Shown: positions 1 to 13,163 of the stretch, piece by piece
Layout of the letters: the number at the start of each line of letters is the position of its first letter
Position numbering within the stretch: the first letter of the stretch is position 1
Source: Kudoa neothunni
Lineage: Eukaryota > Animalia > Cnidaria
Assembly: GCA_964304625.1 (NCBI GenBank)
Contig: OZ199840.1
Span: forward strand, 6,383,120-6,447,119
Direction: 5' to 3'
Length of the DNA: 64,000 bases
The notes under the pieces: model-generated
The model's input: only the letters and a program-made list of their open reading frames with translations
Told to the model about the DNA's origin: nothing
The model's database searches: none
Program-made: the position numbers and the translations under genes

Positions 1-511
1 AGCGGATTTAAAAAAAATAAAATTTGTATACGGCTATTGAATAAGAGCTTCAAAGATTAAAAATATTACTGCGCATGCCTACATATCGTTTAGGATTAAA
101 ATTTACCGTGTCAATAACCTCCGCCTAAAAGAGTTATCGAACAAAGGTTGACTAAATGCGCCATTTAAATATTGTAGTAATTACTATTATCTAATTAAAG
201 ATTAGGCTGCTATTAAATATTTGAAAAGTAAAATATATTCTATTCTGAGACTTCATTCCTAAAATGTTCAGTCAAAACGAATTTAAGGATTTTTTGAGGA
301 ACGACACTTTAAAAAGTAGTGTAATCAATGGAATAGGTCGGTATTGCAATAGCTAATTATTTTTATTTATCATATCTTGCATTTTAAAATTATTTGGCGC
401 AGTAGAACTAATGGAAAACATCACAATCCCAAGAATTTTGGTTTAACGCACATTGCTGATAATCTCGATAAACTTGATGTTTTTAATAACAAGAAAAATT
501 TATCGACCTAC

Positions 512-790
512 CTCACTATATCGTAACTAGATAAAATAAAATAAATGATAATTAACTTTATCAAACCCGATAATCACCACAACCATAAATTAAACCCATG
601 TGATAAGAATTACAAGGAGTCCAAGAGAGGAGTGTGCGGTGTGTGAAACTTAAAAACTGCTGGACATTCGTAACCAAGCAATATCTATAATGTGTACATA
701 ATGCATATAGCGTCACACATTTTATCTAACGTATATAGATAAGGGTGAGTGCAATAAAGGTGTGTTGTTTTGCTGCGCAATAGATTCCAT
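512..790 (-). CDS. 5' exons of an unidentified gene; remaining exons not located, possibly beyond the left edge
   Basis: Frame-consistent GT-AG exon chain 790-731, 684-614, 526-512 (strong GTAGGT donor after the 15-nt exon) gives MESIAQQNNTPLLHSPLSIYILLGYECPAVFKFHTPHTPLLDSFYDIV... No family recognised. Confidence 0.45.
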
Positions 791-877
791 CACAATCATA
801 TCGTAGCTTATTCTACCGGCGCTATATTTCTAGCTGATAGGTTTGTTTGAGCTACCCCTCCAGGAAAACTGGAAAAA

Positions 878-2294
<1,417 letters not shown>

Positions 2295-2603
2295 CAGAAC
2301 AATTTTACACTTTATGATTCCGTTTTATGCGCTGGAAACAAAACGTAATTACTTAATATTAAAATATACATAGTAGTCTAAAAAAAATTTTGCGCCTAGT
2401 ATTACAAAAATTTATTTTAAAATATTCCACAATTTACAGTAGGTAACCGATAATACGCACTTTCATCAATATCACGTATTCAAAGTTTATATTAGGTGAA
2501 ACGCTTTATAATATTATGATTGTAAAAAAATCTCTAAAATATTTTTGAATAAAACTAGGAAATTACCAGTCTGTTTATCACCTGGCTATCCGATAGTACG
2601 CAC

Positions 2604-3771
2604 CAGGGTTGTCAGAGTTGGTACGTTTTAAGGTCAATGAGTTTCGAAATAGAATTATTATAAGTGCATGCCACATGGTGAGATAAAAGTGTTAGAAGAC
2701 ACGGAACAAAGTATCCACTCATATCCCTCAAATAGCTCAAAACGTCAAAATAAATAAAACGGATTACAATAATTATTCGGCATCGAGTATCAGATCATAT
2801 TGTGTCTGCCGCATAAGATGACTGTCTCTTGAGCAAGTTATTCATAAAATATTGGACGAATGAACAGTTCTCACAACGTTCCTCAAGGTTAGACTATAAG
2901 AAAACAGGGCTAAACTCGCACCTAAAATATTTGCACCTCTATTTATACTTGTAAATAGAATGAAAATATTACTGGAACACGTGCTCAAGATCTTGTTTAC
3001 TTTCTTATCAAAACTCCAGATTTCCATGTATTACTGACGAAACAGATATTTCAAAGGATTTTACACATCCCAAAGTTTGTGCGTTTGCGAATATTTGAAG
3101 CAATACATCCTACAAAGATCAGTGAAGATAAACCCCATTATACCCCTCTCAATGAAATTTCCAAAAATTATTATTGAAGATGAGTATTTAAATTTGGTTA
3201 GTGAATAGATAGAACTTAGTCTGTAAAATAACGGTCATTTCATTGAAAAAGACTCGATGAACTATTGATATGCGGTCACAAATGAAAGAAAAGGTGAAAC
3301 ATTTAAGTGTTGATTGCTGTCAGAATTAATGCTCTCTTTACTTGCTTTATCTCATTCGCCTGGATCTGCTGGAAAATTATTTTTATTAATGAATAAAAAC
3401 AAATTTAAAAAACAGATTTATATTAGAAGATGAAACAACAAATGCTCTAGTATGTATTAAATGTTTACTGAGAAACTTCAGTCGATCGAGATGGCATCCA
3501 TCTGACCAATTAACTAAAATGATGGAAAAAATGAACCTATATGATGAGGAGGACAGTGATAATGAATGAATATTTTGATATATAAATAGGTCCTATCAAT
3601 TATTTTTTCTGTTTCGATTTGTTTAATGTTGCTAGAATTATATATTTTGTATTATTTTTAAAGTATGATAACTATTTTAAAATTTTAGTACGATTTTAAA
3701 TTTTTTATACTATTTGGTACGTTTCTATTAAATTATTTAGTACGATTTACAAAAATCGTCTGGCAATTCTG
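2604..3771 (+). mobile_element. Non-autonomous hAT transposon (1168 bp)
   Basis: TIRs CAGGGTTGTCAGA / TCTGGCAATTCTG. Perfect 8-bp TSD GTACGCAC (2596-2603, 3772-3779). Degenerate hAT dimerisation-domain remnant (LLSELMLSLLALSHS...MNKNK..NRL...ETTNAL) at ~3310-3450. Confidence 0.85.
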
Positions 3772-3883
3772 GTACGCACCTTTTTGCCCAAACCACGTAG
3801 ATTCTATTTTTGTTTATCTCAAACGAGTGTAAAATTTAAATTTAAATAGTTGAATTTTAGTAGGAAAATTATTAATAATGGAA

Positions 3884-6275
3884 TCTAACGTGTGGATTAT
3901 AAATAGAGTTGCCCCGATACCAATAAAATTTCGTCTTTTAAAACCAGTATATAATGAAGAAATGTTTGTCAAATTACATTAAAATGTATCAAGATATCTT
4001 TAAATTGGCTCTTTAAAATTATTCTTATATTTTTATAAATCTTTACGCATTTCATAATTTAATAATACAAAAAACATATTTGGTTTGCCACATTTATTAG
4101 ACCTGTCAATAAAATATCAGGTAATAGTAAAATAGGCGGGGCCTAAAAAACGTCCTCTTTCACATGTTTTTTCACAGTTCTTTTTTCACGATTCTTAACA
4201 ATAAAATATAAGAATATGGATATCAAAAATTCAGCTCAAAATAATAACTTTCAAATTTTGAGAATTTTTCATCCGATCGCGGTCGGATACACGTATAATC
4301 TCCATCTTTTTTCAACAAACATTGAATTCATCTCTAAATTGTTTTGATAATCATTCATAAATTGGTTCTATTTCATATTTTTCCTCATATAAACACAAAT
4401 TTTACAATATCAAATTTAATTACACAGGTTTTTTATATGTTAGGCATGAATAGTTTAAAAACGAGAAGACAACTACGTGCTCTCTATATATTTTCTTAGT
4501 TTTCTCGGAGCTGATGAGTTTTTTTAATAATTAATTAACATTTTATTTTAGATCAACATTTAATTTCAACAGAGAAATAACTTAAGATAAATTATATTAT
4601 CACTTTTAAGCAGGAATTCTTACATGTGTGTTTAGTATAGCATTCGATAAACGTAAAAATGTTGTTATACAAAAACATAAAAACGAAAAAATCGTTATTT
4701 CTATAAAATAATTATTTTTAATGCAACATTTATGCACCGATATAAATAATAACCATAATTAACATATTGTATTGACATCTTGAAATATTCACAATTAGCA
4801 TATTTGGTCAAATTTGTTGTTAGTAAATTTTGGAATTTAAAAAAACTTATAAAACAATAAAAATATGGTTTCTATTATTTTTTTTAATGTTTTACACATA
4901 ATTAAAGGTAAAAAAATTAATACAATCATTTTTAAAAATTTGGTTTCTGAATTTTAATAATAAAAACTGAATTTCTTAATTTCCAATAAAAAATTTAATA
5001 GAAAATTATAAACTAAAATGAATCTTGCTATATTAATACCTATATTTAAATGTTCACAAAGTATTTTTATTATAATGAAAAATGAGATGTTAATGTGAAA
5101 TTTGCATTGAGTTTATTTTTAAAGTTAATTCATATAAAATTGTTTTATATCAATAATACAAATTTTGATAGTAATAATAAATAACTTTTGAGTTAATAAC
5201 TAAGAAAGAAACAAAATAATTCAAGGTTAGTTGATCAAAGCGCATTAAAGTTTATGCGGGGTCAAAGGATATTAATTTGAGCAATAAAAATTAATTTTCG
5301 TCTATTTTCTTCTATCTCTATCTCTATTACTTTTTCTATTTTCTTATCCCTTAAAAAGTTAGTGGTGCACACATTTTCCGAGCCGGTCCAGAATTCGATT
5401 TTAAAAATCCCCTGGGGAAAAAAATAACACATTAGATTGCACTTGAAGAGAGTTTAAATAATTCGGGAACGAAAATAAATATGACACTGACCTTAAATTA
5501 TTTAGCGTTGGTGCTGGAACGAGAAATGGTTAATTAAAAACGAGGATTGATACACTCCTGCACAGAAATAATCATGATTTAAATTTCGAAATCATAATCG
5601 ACAAAGTACGATACTTAAAAAAATATAGTTTGACTGATTCTATAAACCAATTTGAAACATTATATTTTTTTGAATGTTATAAAGAAACATAGCTATGCAA
5701 AATCTTCCTCAAACGAAGCTGGACAGTTGGGGCTAGTATCATAAAAATATGGCTAGCGAACAATTTAATTACCTGATAAAATATATTATTCATGGTTTGA
5801 TGTGTTCGTGAATAAAAAATATCAATCTCGCGCTAAATATTTGTTTTACCGTACTAAATTAATTAGTTATCCATGTAATGCATATCAAAACATTATTTGA
5901 GAAAATTAATAGTTTACAGACCGACAATACAATCAGTTAAATAACTTTATTAAGTAAAATCAGTAAATTTTAGAGTAATAAAACATTTTTTTGAATGACT
6001 GAAAATTTGGACGTAATCTCATTAGAATATAACAAACGTCTAAAACCATTGAAATTTAAAATGTTAGCATGCGTAGAACATGGTATCGGTATCGACGAGT
6101 ACTGAAATTTTGAGTACTCGTACTCGTTTTAAAAAATATAGGACCGGTGAAACCCTAATTATAAGGGTTGTAATCTACCAACCATATATGCGCGTCGAGA
6201 GTAATGCGGTATGGCATCATCCCTTTTTAATGCAAAGAACCCAGGTTCGAATCTCGATTCAGATCTTGTGTTACA
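3884..6275 (+). mobile_element. tRNA-containing mini solo-LTR copy 1, split by a hAT insertion
   Basis: 3884-3903 plus 6158-6275 reconstitute the element seen intact at 17736-17866. Ends TCTAAC.../...TGTGTTACA. Flanks TGGAA/TGGGA (4/5 TSD). Confidence 0.7.
3904..6157 (+). mobile_element. hAT-type element (TAGGGTTG... termini)
   Basis: Ends TAGAGTTGCCCCGATACC ... GGTGAAACCCTA. 8-bp TSD ATTATAAA/ATTATAAG. Its 5' part (3904-4062) recurs nearly identically at 18117-18332. Confidence 0.75.
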
Positions 6276-7466
6276 TGGGAAATTATTCCAAAATGAATCT
6301 TAAAACGCAATAATACTCGTCATTAGACATATTAAATTATACACTATATCCAGATTAAATGGTAAGGTGAATTTTTTTAAAATTTTTGGATCAAAATATA
6401 AAAACTTTTTTTCATATGGCACTGAAAATAAACAAGAAATAAAATAATATTTACAATTTCATAGAATTGACCATTTACTAAATTTTATCCCAATGTAAAA
6501 GATATAACTTTTATGAAAAATATCACTTAACCAAAATCTACAAATTATTTCTCGGCCAAAAAGTCTCAATAATATATTTTTAGTTATTGTAATCTAAAAT
6601 TGAGTTGTTTTACTCATGCTGAAACATAAAGAAAGCACAAATAATAATATCCTCGCGCGCAGCTGGACTGTGAATTATCGGTTGTAAGTTGCAACGTTTA
6701 GTAAACATTTTTTTGGACGTTCCCGGAGGGATTACGTACTATAGGCTACCTCCTGTATTACACATGCTCATTTAAGAATCTTACTCTGCGATCGTAACGA
6801 ACTCACGCACGAACAAAATCAGTTAGAATTGGTTTCCTCTTTGTCAAATTTTTTAATTAGGTAGTTTAAAATTTTATATATAAACACGCCACACATTTAT
6901 TTTGGAGATTCACTGTGATAACATTGAGATAATTCAATTAAAGATTAAGTATAACTTAAATAAGCTAACATAATTAAATCTAATTGAAACCAATGTTGTT
7001 TATAACCTCGGAATAATGTATGACTTAGTCTAACTAAAATTACAACTTATAAAACTTGCATAATAGGAGATACACTTTTATTCACATAACAAACAAATAA
7101 AGGGAACGAATTTTAATCACACCGTTAATCTTTTCTTTACTCAATATACTGAAAAAAAGTTTCTATTTATTCTGATTGACTCCAATAAATTAAAAATTTT
7201 TCTATATATAACTTAATTTACTGCAAATAAAAAATATTACAGTTGTTCCTGAATATCAGTTCCAGGGGATTAAAATACAAGTAAGCGCGAGATTAAATTT
7301 TAGAATATTCGGGCATTCACCTACAAATTGTTTTGGGAATTGTTCGTTTAATTCAATATCCAATTTGAAAATATTTAAGCCATAGTTGCTCCAATTCAAA
7401 ACAAGTGATCTTATCGGTTCTGCCTAGTTGTAACTATGAAATGTAGGTTGAATTGGTTTAACCAAT

Positions 7467-8530
7467 ATGGGTTCACGATTTAATTGTTTCGCCATGCCCC
7501 TTATACGTCATCCTCAAATTGAGCACAATTTTACTGTACATTGAAATCGAAAACGAATGAACTAATTCAGTTTTAGTTGATATTTCTGCATGGAAGTCAA
7601 ACTCCCCAGTAAACTTAAAATATATTTATTTTTCAATTATTCACAAAACTGAACATTTAATTCTTATGTAAACAGAGATTATTGGTATTCTCGATTATCG
7701 CAGCTACAAATATCCACCACTAAATTGATACTACCTCTGGGGTGAATACGCAAATGTGCTGGTATGAAATTATTTGAAAATATTTAGTTGCGTTCAACTG
7801 GAAAATGGTAATCGTTCATGGTGTTATTCGAGACCTCGATCCAATTTCTGTGAACAGGATAATGAAGCTATCAAGCTCTCATCGGATTATCGTAAATTAG
7901 TGTGAAAATGTTCCTTATTGATATTTTTGTTCATGACAAAAGTTCTCTCATTGATAGACAATGAAATTAAAATCGGAGTTCATCCAAGCAATATCTTCAT
8001 TGGTTGGTGAAACAATTACGATTTTTCCAATTTAAATAAATGTCAATTGTAGGAGGGTGTTCAGAGGGTGCAGCTGTAATCTATTTCACATTGATCACCG
8101 CAAATTTACCCTTCAGAGGGGTTATATGTGTTCATGGTTTTATACCATTCACTGAATATATAGTACGTCGACGCGTAAATAAAAATATTGTTTCTATGAA
8201 AATTCACTTCACCACAGATTTTTGTGAATCCCTCTGTAGAAATACCCGTCCTAATGATTCAAGGTGGTTTTGGGTTGTTAAATGCTGAGGTGAAAGATTT
8301 TTGATAGGTATGATGAATACCTTTGTTCCTCCAGCTCTTCTTTACAATTCCTACAACCTTCTAACCAATTTCAATTTAAATCTCGATGCTCGAATAGTTT
8401 GCAATCTTTCCACTGTTCCTGGTTCCAATGTATGTACATTACTGATTATGGTTTATGTGGCTTTTAACGATATATTAAGGTTTTAGAGATGATAGAGAAG
8501 TTTCTGTTAGAATCTTCTTGTATTAGATGA
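7467..8530 (+). CDS. Acyl-protein thioesterase (APT1/LYPLA, Abhydrolase_2)-like protein, 9 short coding exons, degenerate catalytic triad
   Basis: Spliced product: MGSRFNCFAMPLIRHPQIEHNFT-LIFLHGSQTP...KLILPLG...LIDNEIKIGVHPSNIFIGGCSEGAAVIYFTLIT...IPVLMIQGMMNTFVP...NLSTVPGSNVLEMIEKFLLESSCIR*. It is collinear with APT1 (VIFLHG, GIPSNRIILGGFSQGG, ILQCHGDCDPLVP, GMMHSS). Confidence 0.8.
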
Positions 8531-9221
8531 GGGTTTTTGTTGTTGTTAGCTGAACTTGTTATCGGTCTTATGTGTGTTGATGTATTTTAACCTTATACAT
8601 AAATAAAATTCGAACGAAATCTACTTCAAATTTTTTTAAAACGCAGAATTTTTTTTTTATTGATATGTTAGGTATGAATATAATTTTTGTCAATATTATT
8701 GCGCGCATGACCAAATATAACGATAATATTTATTTATATCTTTCAAAATTTTATCCTTCATTGTTGAAAAGTGTAATGTGTTGATATTTCTGCACATTGG
8801 GGCTATGAAAAGGGGGTATTTTTAGTAGAAAAAAAATTCATATACTAAGATGACAGAACATGTTTTTAAATTATAACTTTAACTTATTTATAACATCAAG
8901 TCAAATTTTTTATCATTTGTTACATTAGTTTATCCAATCATAAATATTGATATTATGATTGGATAAAAATTAAAAAAATATTCGAATCAATATTAATTAA
9001 TAGATTAATTGAAGTTAGCAATAAATATTAGAAATTGCACAATGTCTTAAAAATATGACCCAATTGTTGATTTCTCTTTTATATATAACTTACATATGGC
9101 TAAGTCAAATATATTAAAATTTTTCGTCTTCCACTATACTAAAACTAAATTGAAAATACATTATTTAATCTAAGACTAATAGTTTATATAAAGTTATTTT
9201 CGATCCATCTCCTAGAATTAA

Positions 9222-9418
9222 ACCTTTGAGGACAACTTTGGTTAAACTTGTTTTTTCCACGTATTTTCGATTGAATTTCATCTCTTTTTTAAATATTAAT
9301 TATTTATTAGTGCAGTAAAGTAGGTTAAATTTTCGGTGAAAATACATAAAATATAACAAAATTTCCAAAAAAATCATATAAGAGTGGATGTGTGAAGTCC
9401 AAGGTTGTTCTAGAAGGG
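9222..9418. mobile_element. piggyBac-type MITE (~200 bp)
   Basis: TTAA on both sides; imperfect TIRs ACCTTTGAGGACAACTTTGG / CCAAGGTTGTTCTAGAAGGG. Confidence 0.5.
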
Positions 9419-10036
9419 TTAAAAATTATGAATTTAATAATTTAGAAAAAGTATTAAAAATATGAAATCATTTTTCATAATTATTATGTACAATGTTGAA
9501 ATATAAGCTATAAACAGAATAAATAGGGTAGTATGATGAATGCTTTATTATAATAAATGACGCCATAAACTCGTATTAATTAAAAACTATTATTACGCTA
9601 AAAAATAACAACCATTTTATTTAAAAAGTTTGAAAATATTGTTTGTTCGAAAATTACATAACTAAGCTTTGTAGACACCAACATACTTTAAAAATTATAT
9701 TAATAATCCAAACATTGATTTCAATCAAATTATCTCTAAAAAACAAGAAAAAAATGTTTTTTGTTGATCCAAAAATTATTTGGCGCGCATGCGTGACCAG
9801 AAAAATATAAAATTATCTCCAGAGAAGTTATTGAATCCTTCAATATTACTTATTGTATATAGTTGAGGAAAATTACTCATTCCAATTAAACCGCCTCTAA
9901 GTTAAATTTTTATAAATAAATATCGAATAAGCTGAAAAAATCCTTATACAGAAATTCAATAAAAATCTGGTCAATTTTATTTGGAATCTGCTTGATTAAA
10001 ATGTACTCATGATATTTAATTAAGTATCTCCTATAC

Positions 10037-12690
10037 CAAGGGATCTCATCGGTTTTTTCAAAGTTACCCCCTCGACCTGGTGAAAAGTCTAAATTTACCT
10101 CCGTTAACTTAGGAGCAAAATTCATATTTCCTTTAGGCAGTGGCTATTTGCATGGATGGGAATATCTCCTAGAATGCGTGAGATATTAAAAATTTGATTT
10201 CATTAATATATTAGTGTTATATCCCTAGAGATTAAGCAATAAACATAATTAATTTACCGCTCACTTTGAGGGATTATATAATATATTCTCCTAGTTATCG
10301 TATTTTGAGTTAACTCGTGCCTCTTTCTTAGCGTAAATTTGCAACTATTTACAATTAGTCTATATTTTACCTAAAAAATTTTAAATGGAAAACTTGTGAA
10401 TTAAAATCTGTATTTTTCCAATCTCTCTATGAAAAAATCATACTTGTTTGATTTAACAATAGTATTTAATGTTTATTTACGGTATCCTAACCCAATTACT
10501 TCAAATTATCTACAAACTCGTACGTTACATACTCTAATGGGCATACGTACCAAACTACTTTTCACACATAATTCCATTGTCTAAAAATAATAGAAAAAAC
10601 TGAGGCTGCCGAACTACCACCTATTTTTTGAATGCAACTATGTTTGTATCCATCTTTTGTCGTTATTTTAGTGATGTCCACATTTATGCTCTTGTTTGAA
10701 AACAATTTTCTCGATGTACTAAAATTAAAATTTTACTAGGTTCAATTAGCGGTAAATTTTTATATCAATAATAAATCAAAATTCTATCAAATAAAAATTT
10801 TAATTTAATTCTTATTAGACGTTTTTTGGGTAACCAAAAACAGGTACTCTACGCACCTTCGGCCTTCCTGTAATATTTATTTCGGATAGTTCCTCCAAAA
10901 TAGCATTAGATAAGTAGGATGGCGGATAAGTAAAGTATTGCTTGCAAGTTTCGATGTTAAATGTGGTATCACAAGACTTTAAAAATTTGGTAATCATTAC
11001 AATTTGTTATTTCAATTCGCCTAGAATTCAAATTATAGAAGAATACGAAGAATCTTGCATTGTTGAAGATCGTTAAACGACACCTTTGATTTTGCGATTT
11101 ATTGATCCAAATATATAATTTTTGCGGTTTTTATAATAATTTTCAGCAGAGCTTAAGCCAATGATTCACTCATTTATGATTGAGTCCTTATTTTTGTCAA
11201 AATAAGTATTGAGGTTGGAGATTCCGTGTTCGTATAAATTCATCACATTAGGAATCAAATTGATCATTACTAGCACTATAAATTATTTAATTGAGAATTT
11301 TCCTAAAAAATATTCTTTACTCTGGATTTTTTCCCGCTTTCCTATTTAACTTCACGGAGGGTATATTTGACAGAGATGAAACCTACATATCAAAAGGAAA
11401 TCAGATTCAAATGCCATCTCGAGGCACATTATGAGGCATTGGTCTATATCTGTTATTATCGTTGATATCATTGATTTCAACCAAGGTGCAGCATCAGTTA
11501 ATTCATCTAACAACCATTCGATCGAATCTTCTGATTCATCGTACGTGATACTTACAATCGTTATGAGTCAATCCAAACGAATCCTGTGTAGGCGTTTTGA
11601 AGAGTGATGCTCTAGAAAAAAATATGGCTACATTCGGGATATTTTAATTTAAGTGAGATGTGAGTTTAATAGTACAATCCTCGAAAAAGGCACTCGTGGT
11701 GATTCACATCATAAAATTCACCGCATTGGTTCAACGAAACAAAATGGTTTCGCGTATAAACTTGTGGCACCGAGTAATATAGCCTATGATTATACGATAC
11801 TATTTAAATTAAACAAGAACTAAATCTTTATACACGATAACTATTAAAATTGTGAGGCCATGAGATACATGCTGTCAACGGATTATGTGCGTAACGTCCA
11901 ACAAGACAATAATCAATCTTATTGCATATAATAGAAATTAATTGACTAACATATGACGTATAAACATTAAACATTGTTATTAAATCAAGAAAAGTGCGAT
12001 TTTGGTCAATGGGGCATGGTTAAAATATGGTTTTAATCGACGAATTCCCGTTAAAGAATAGTTTGGAAATAATTATAAAATTTTTAAGATCTCACGTATT
12101 TTAGGAGATATTCCCATCCATGCAAATAGCCGCGTCCTTTCCTTTCCTTTAAGGTTTTATACCACTTTGGCTATAGCATAGGCTACTTTCACGCTAAATT
12201 CTAAAGGCTTGTACGCTTGTGTTATGACAATTTTTAATCCCAGCAACTCTTACTCATAAGCTGTATATAGATGTAATTTTTTATATTTTGCTAAATTAAA
12301 TTATTTCTTGCCTAGTCTTCCGCCCTTAGGATCAAAAACTATTAAAAATAATACAAACTAATGACACTTGAATATTATTTACCATGAAAATAGTCATTTT
12401 AAGTATTATTATTAGGCTACACGAAAATTAGATAACGAGCCGAAAATGAAAGAGACTGTTAATAATTTTATAAATAACCGTTAAGTACTTATTCTAAAAG
12501 CATTTTAATAATTTCCGCCGAATTCTTATTGAATTTAATAACGCTGAATAATACAATTCCTTAGAAACCCTGAAGAACGTCACACACCCATGATGCAAAA
12601 ATTTCCCCTATCCAATTTGGATGTTACTTAATTTACCCCTGTCCTTTAAATTTTACCCAGGGGTAAATTCACCCCGATTGAGAATCCCTG
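10037..12690 (-). mobile_element. hAT-Charlie-type MITE family A copy 1 (interrupted)
   Basis: Termini CAAGGGATCTCATCGG / CGATTGAGAATCCCTG. TSD TCCTATAC/TCCTAGAC. The reverse complement aligns with the copy at 27228-28860. Confidence 0.8.
10136..12137. mobile_element. 2-kb DNA transposon relic with ~60-bp TIRs and 9-bp TSD (Merlin- or MULE-like)
   Basis: TIRs GGCAGTGGCTATTTGCATGGATGGGAATATCTCCTAGAATGCGTGAGAT / ATCTCACGTATTTTAGGAGATATTCCCATCCATGCAAATAGCCGCGTCC. TSD TTTCCTTTA (with an extra 5 bp on the right side). The empty site is present in MITE A copy 2. Internal coding sequence is decayed. Confidence 0.7.
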
Positions 12691-12707
12691 TCCTAGACGA
12701 TCTAATG

Positions 12708-12996
12708 CATGAATGAGGAAACTACGGCCTGCAGACCACGAGCTCTTATATTAGGAACCTCAGCAAAATTTTATATTACTCAATATTCGCAACGTATTTT
12801 ATTCTCATCGCGTAAAAAAGTTTTTCTCAAGTGATATCATCTATTTGATTTGAAACGAATTAATTCAAAATAAAAAATTATTGTTCTATTTGCATTCTAA
12901 TGTTGGTATATAAGGCTATTAATTGATTTTGTGGTCCCCGTATCGTAACCTATTATGTCCATGCAGCCCGCGGATAAAAAAGTTTTCCCACTCCTG
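12708..12996. mobile_element. hAT-Charlie-type MITE (289 bp)
   Basis: TIRs CATGAATGAGGAAACT / AGTTTTCCCACTCCTG; TSD ATCTAATG/ATCTAATA. Confidence 0.65.
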
Positions 12997-13163
12997 ATCT
13001 AATAATAGAATCTAATTTGATGATACCTCCGTTCAAGAATTAATGAGAGAATTTTTCCAACAAAACAGAGTTTATTTATTACAAATACACATAATCATCT
13101 TGAGATATCAAAAATAAATTCGGTAATATTTTTAAATCAAAATCACATAGTTAATAATGTATT

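Noticed and set aside
6200-6260. Functional tRNA-Lys gene
   Set aside because: The acceptor and anticodon stems do not pair and the copies are diverged; it lies inside a TSD-flanked repeat, so it is tRNA-derived rather than a tRNA gene.
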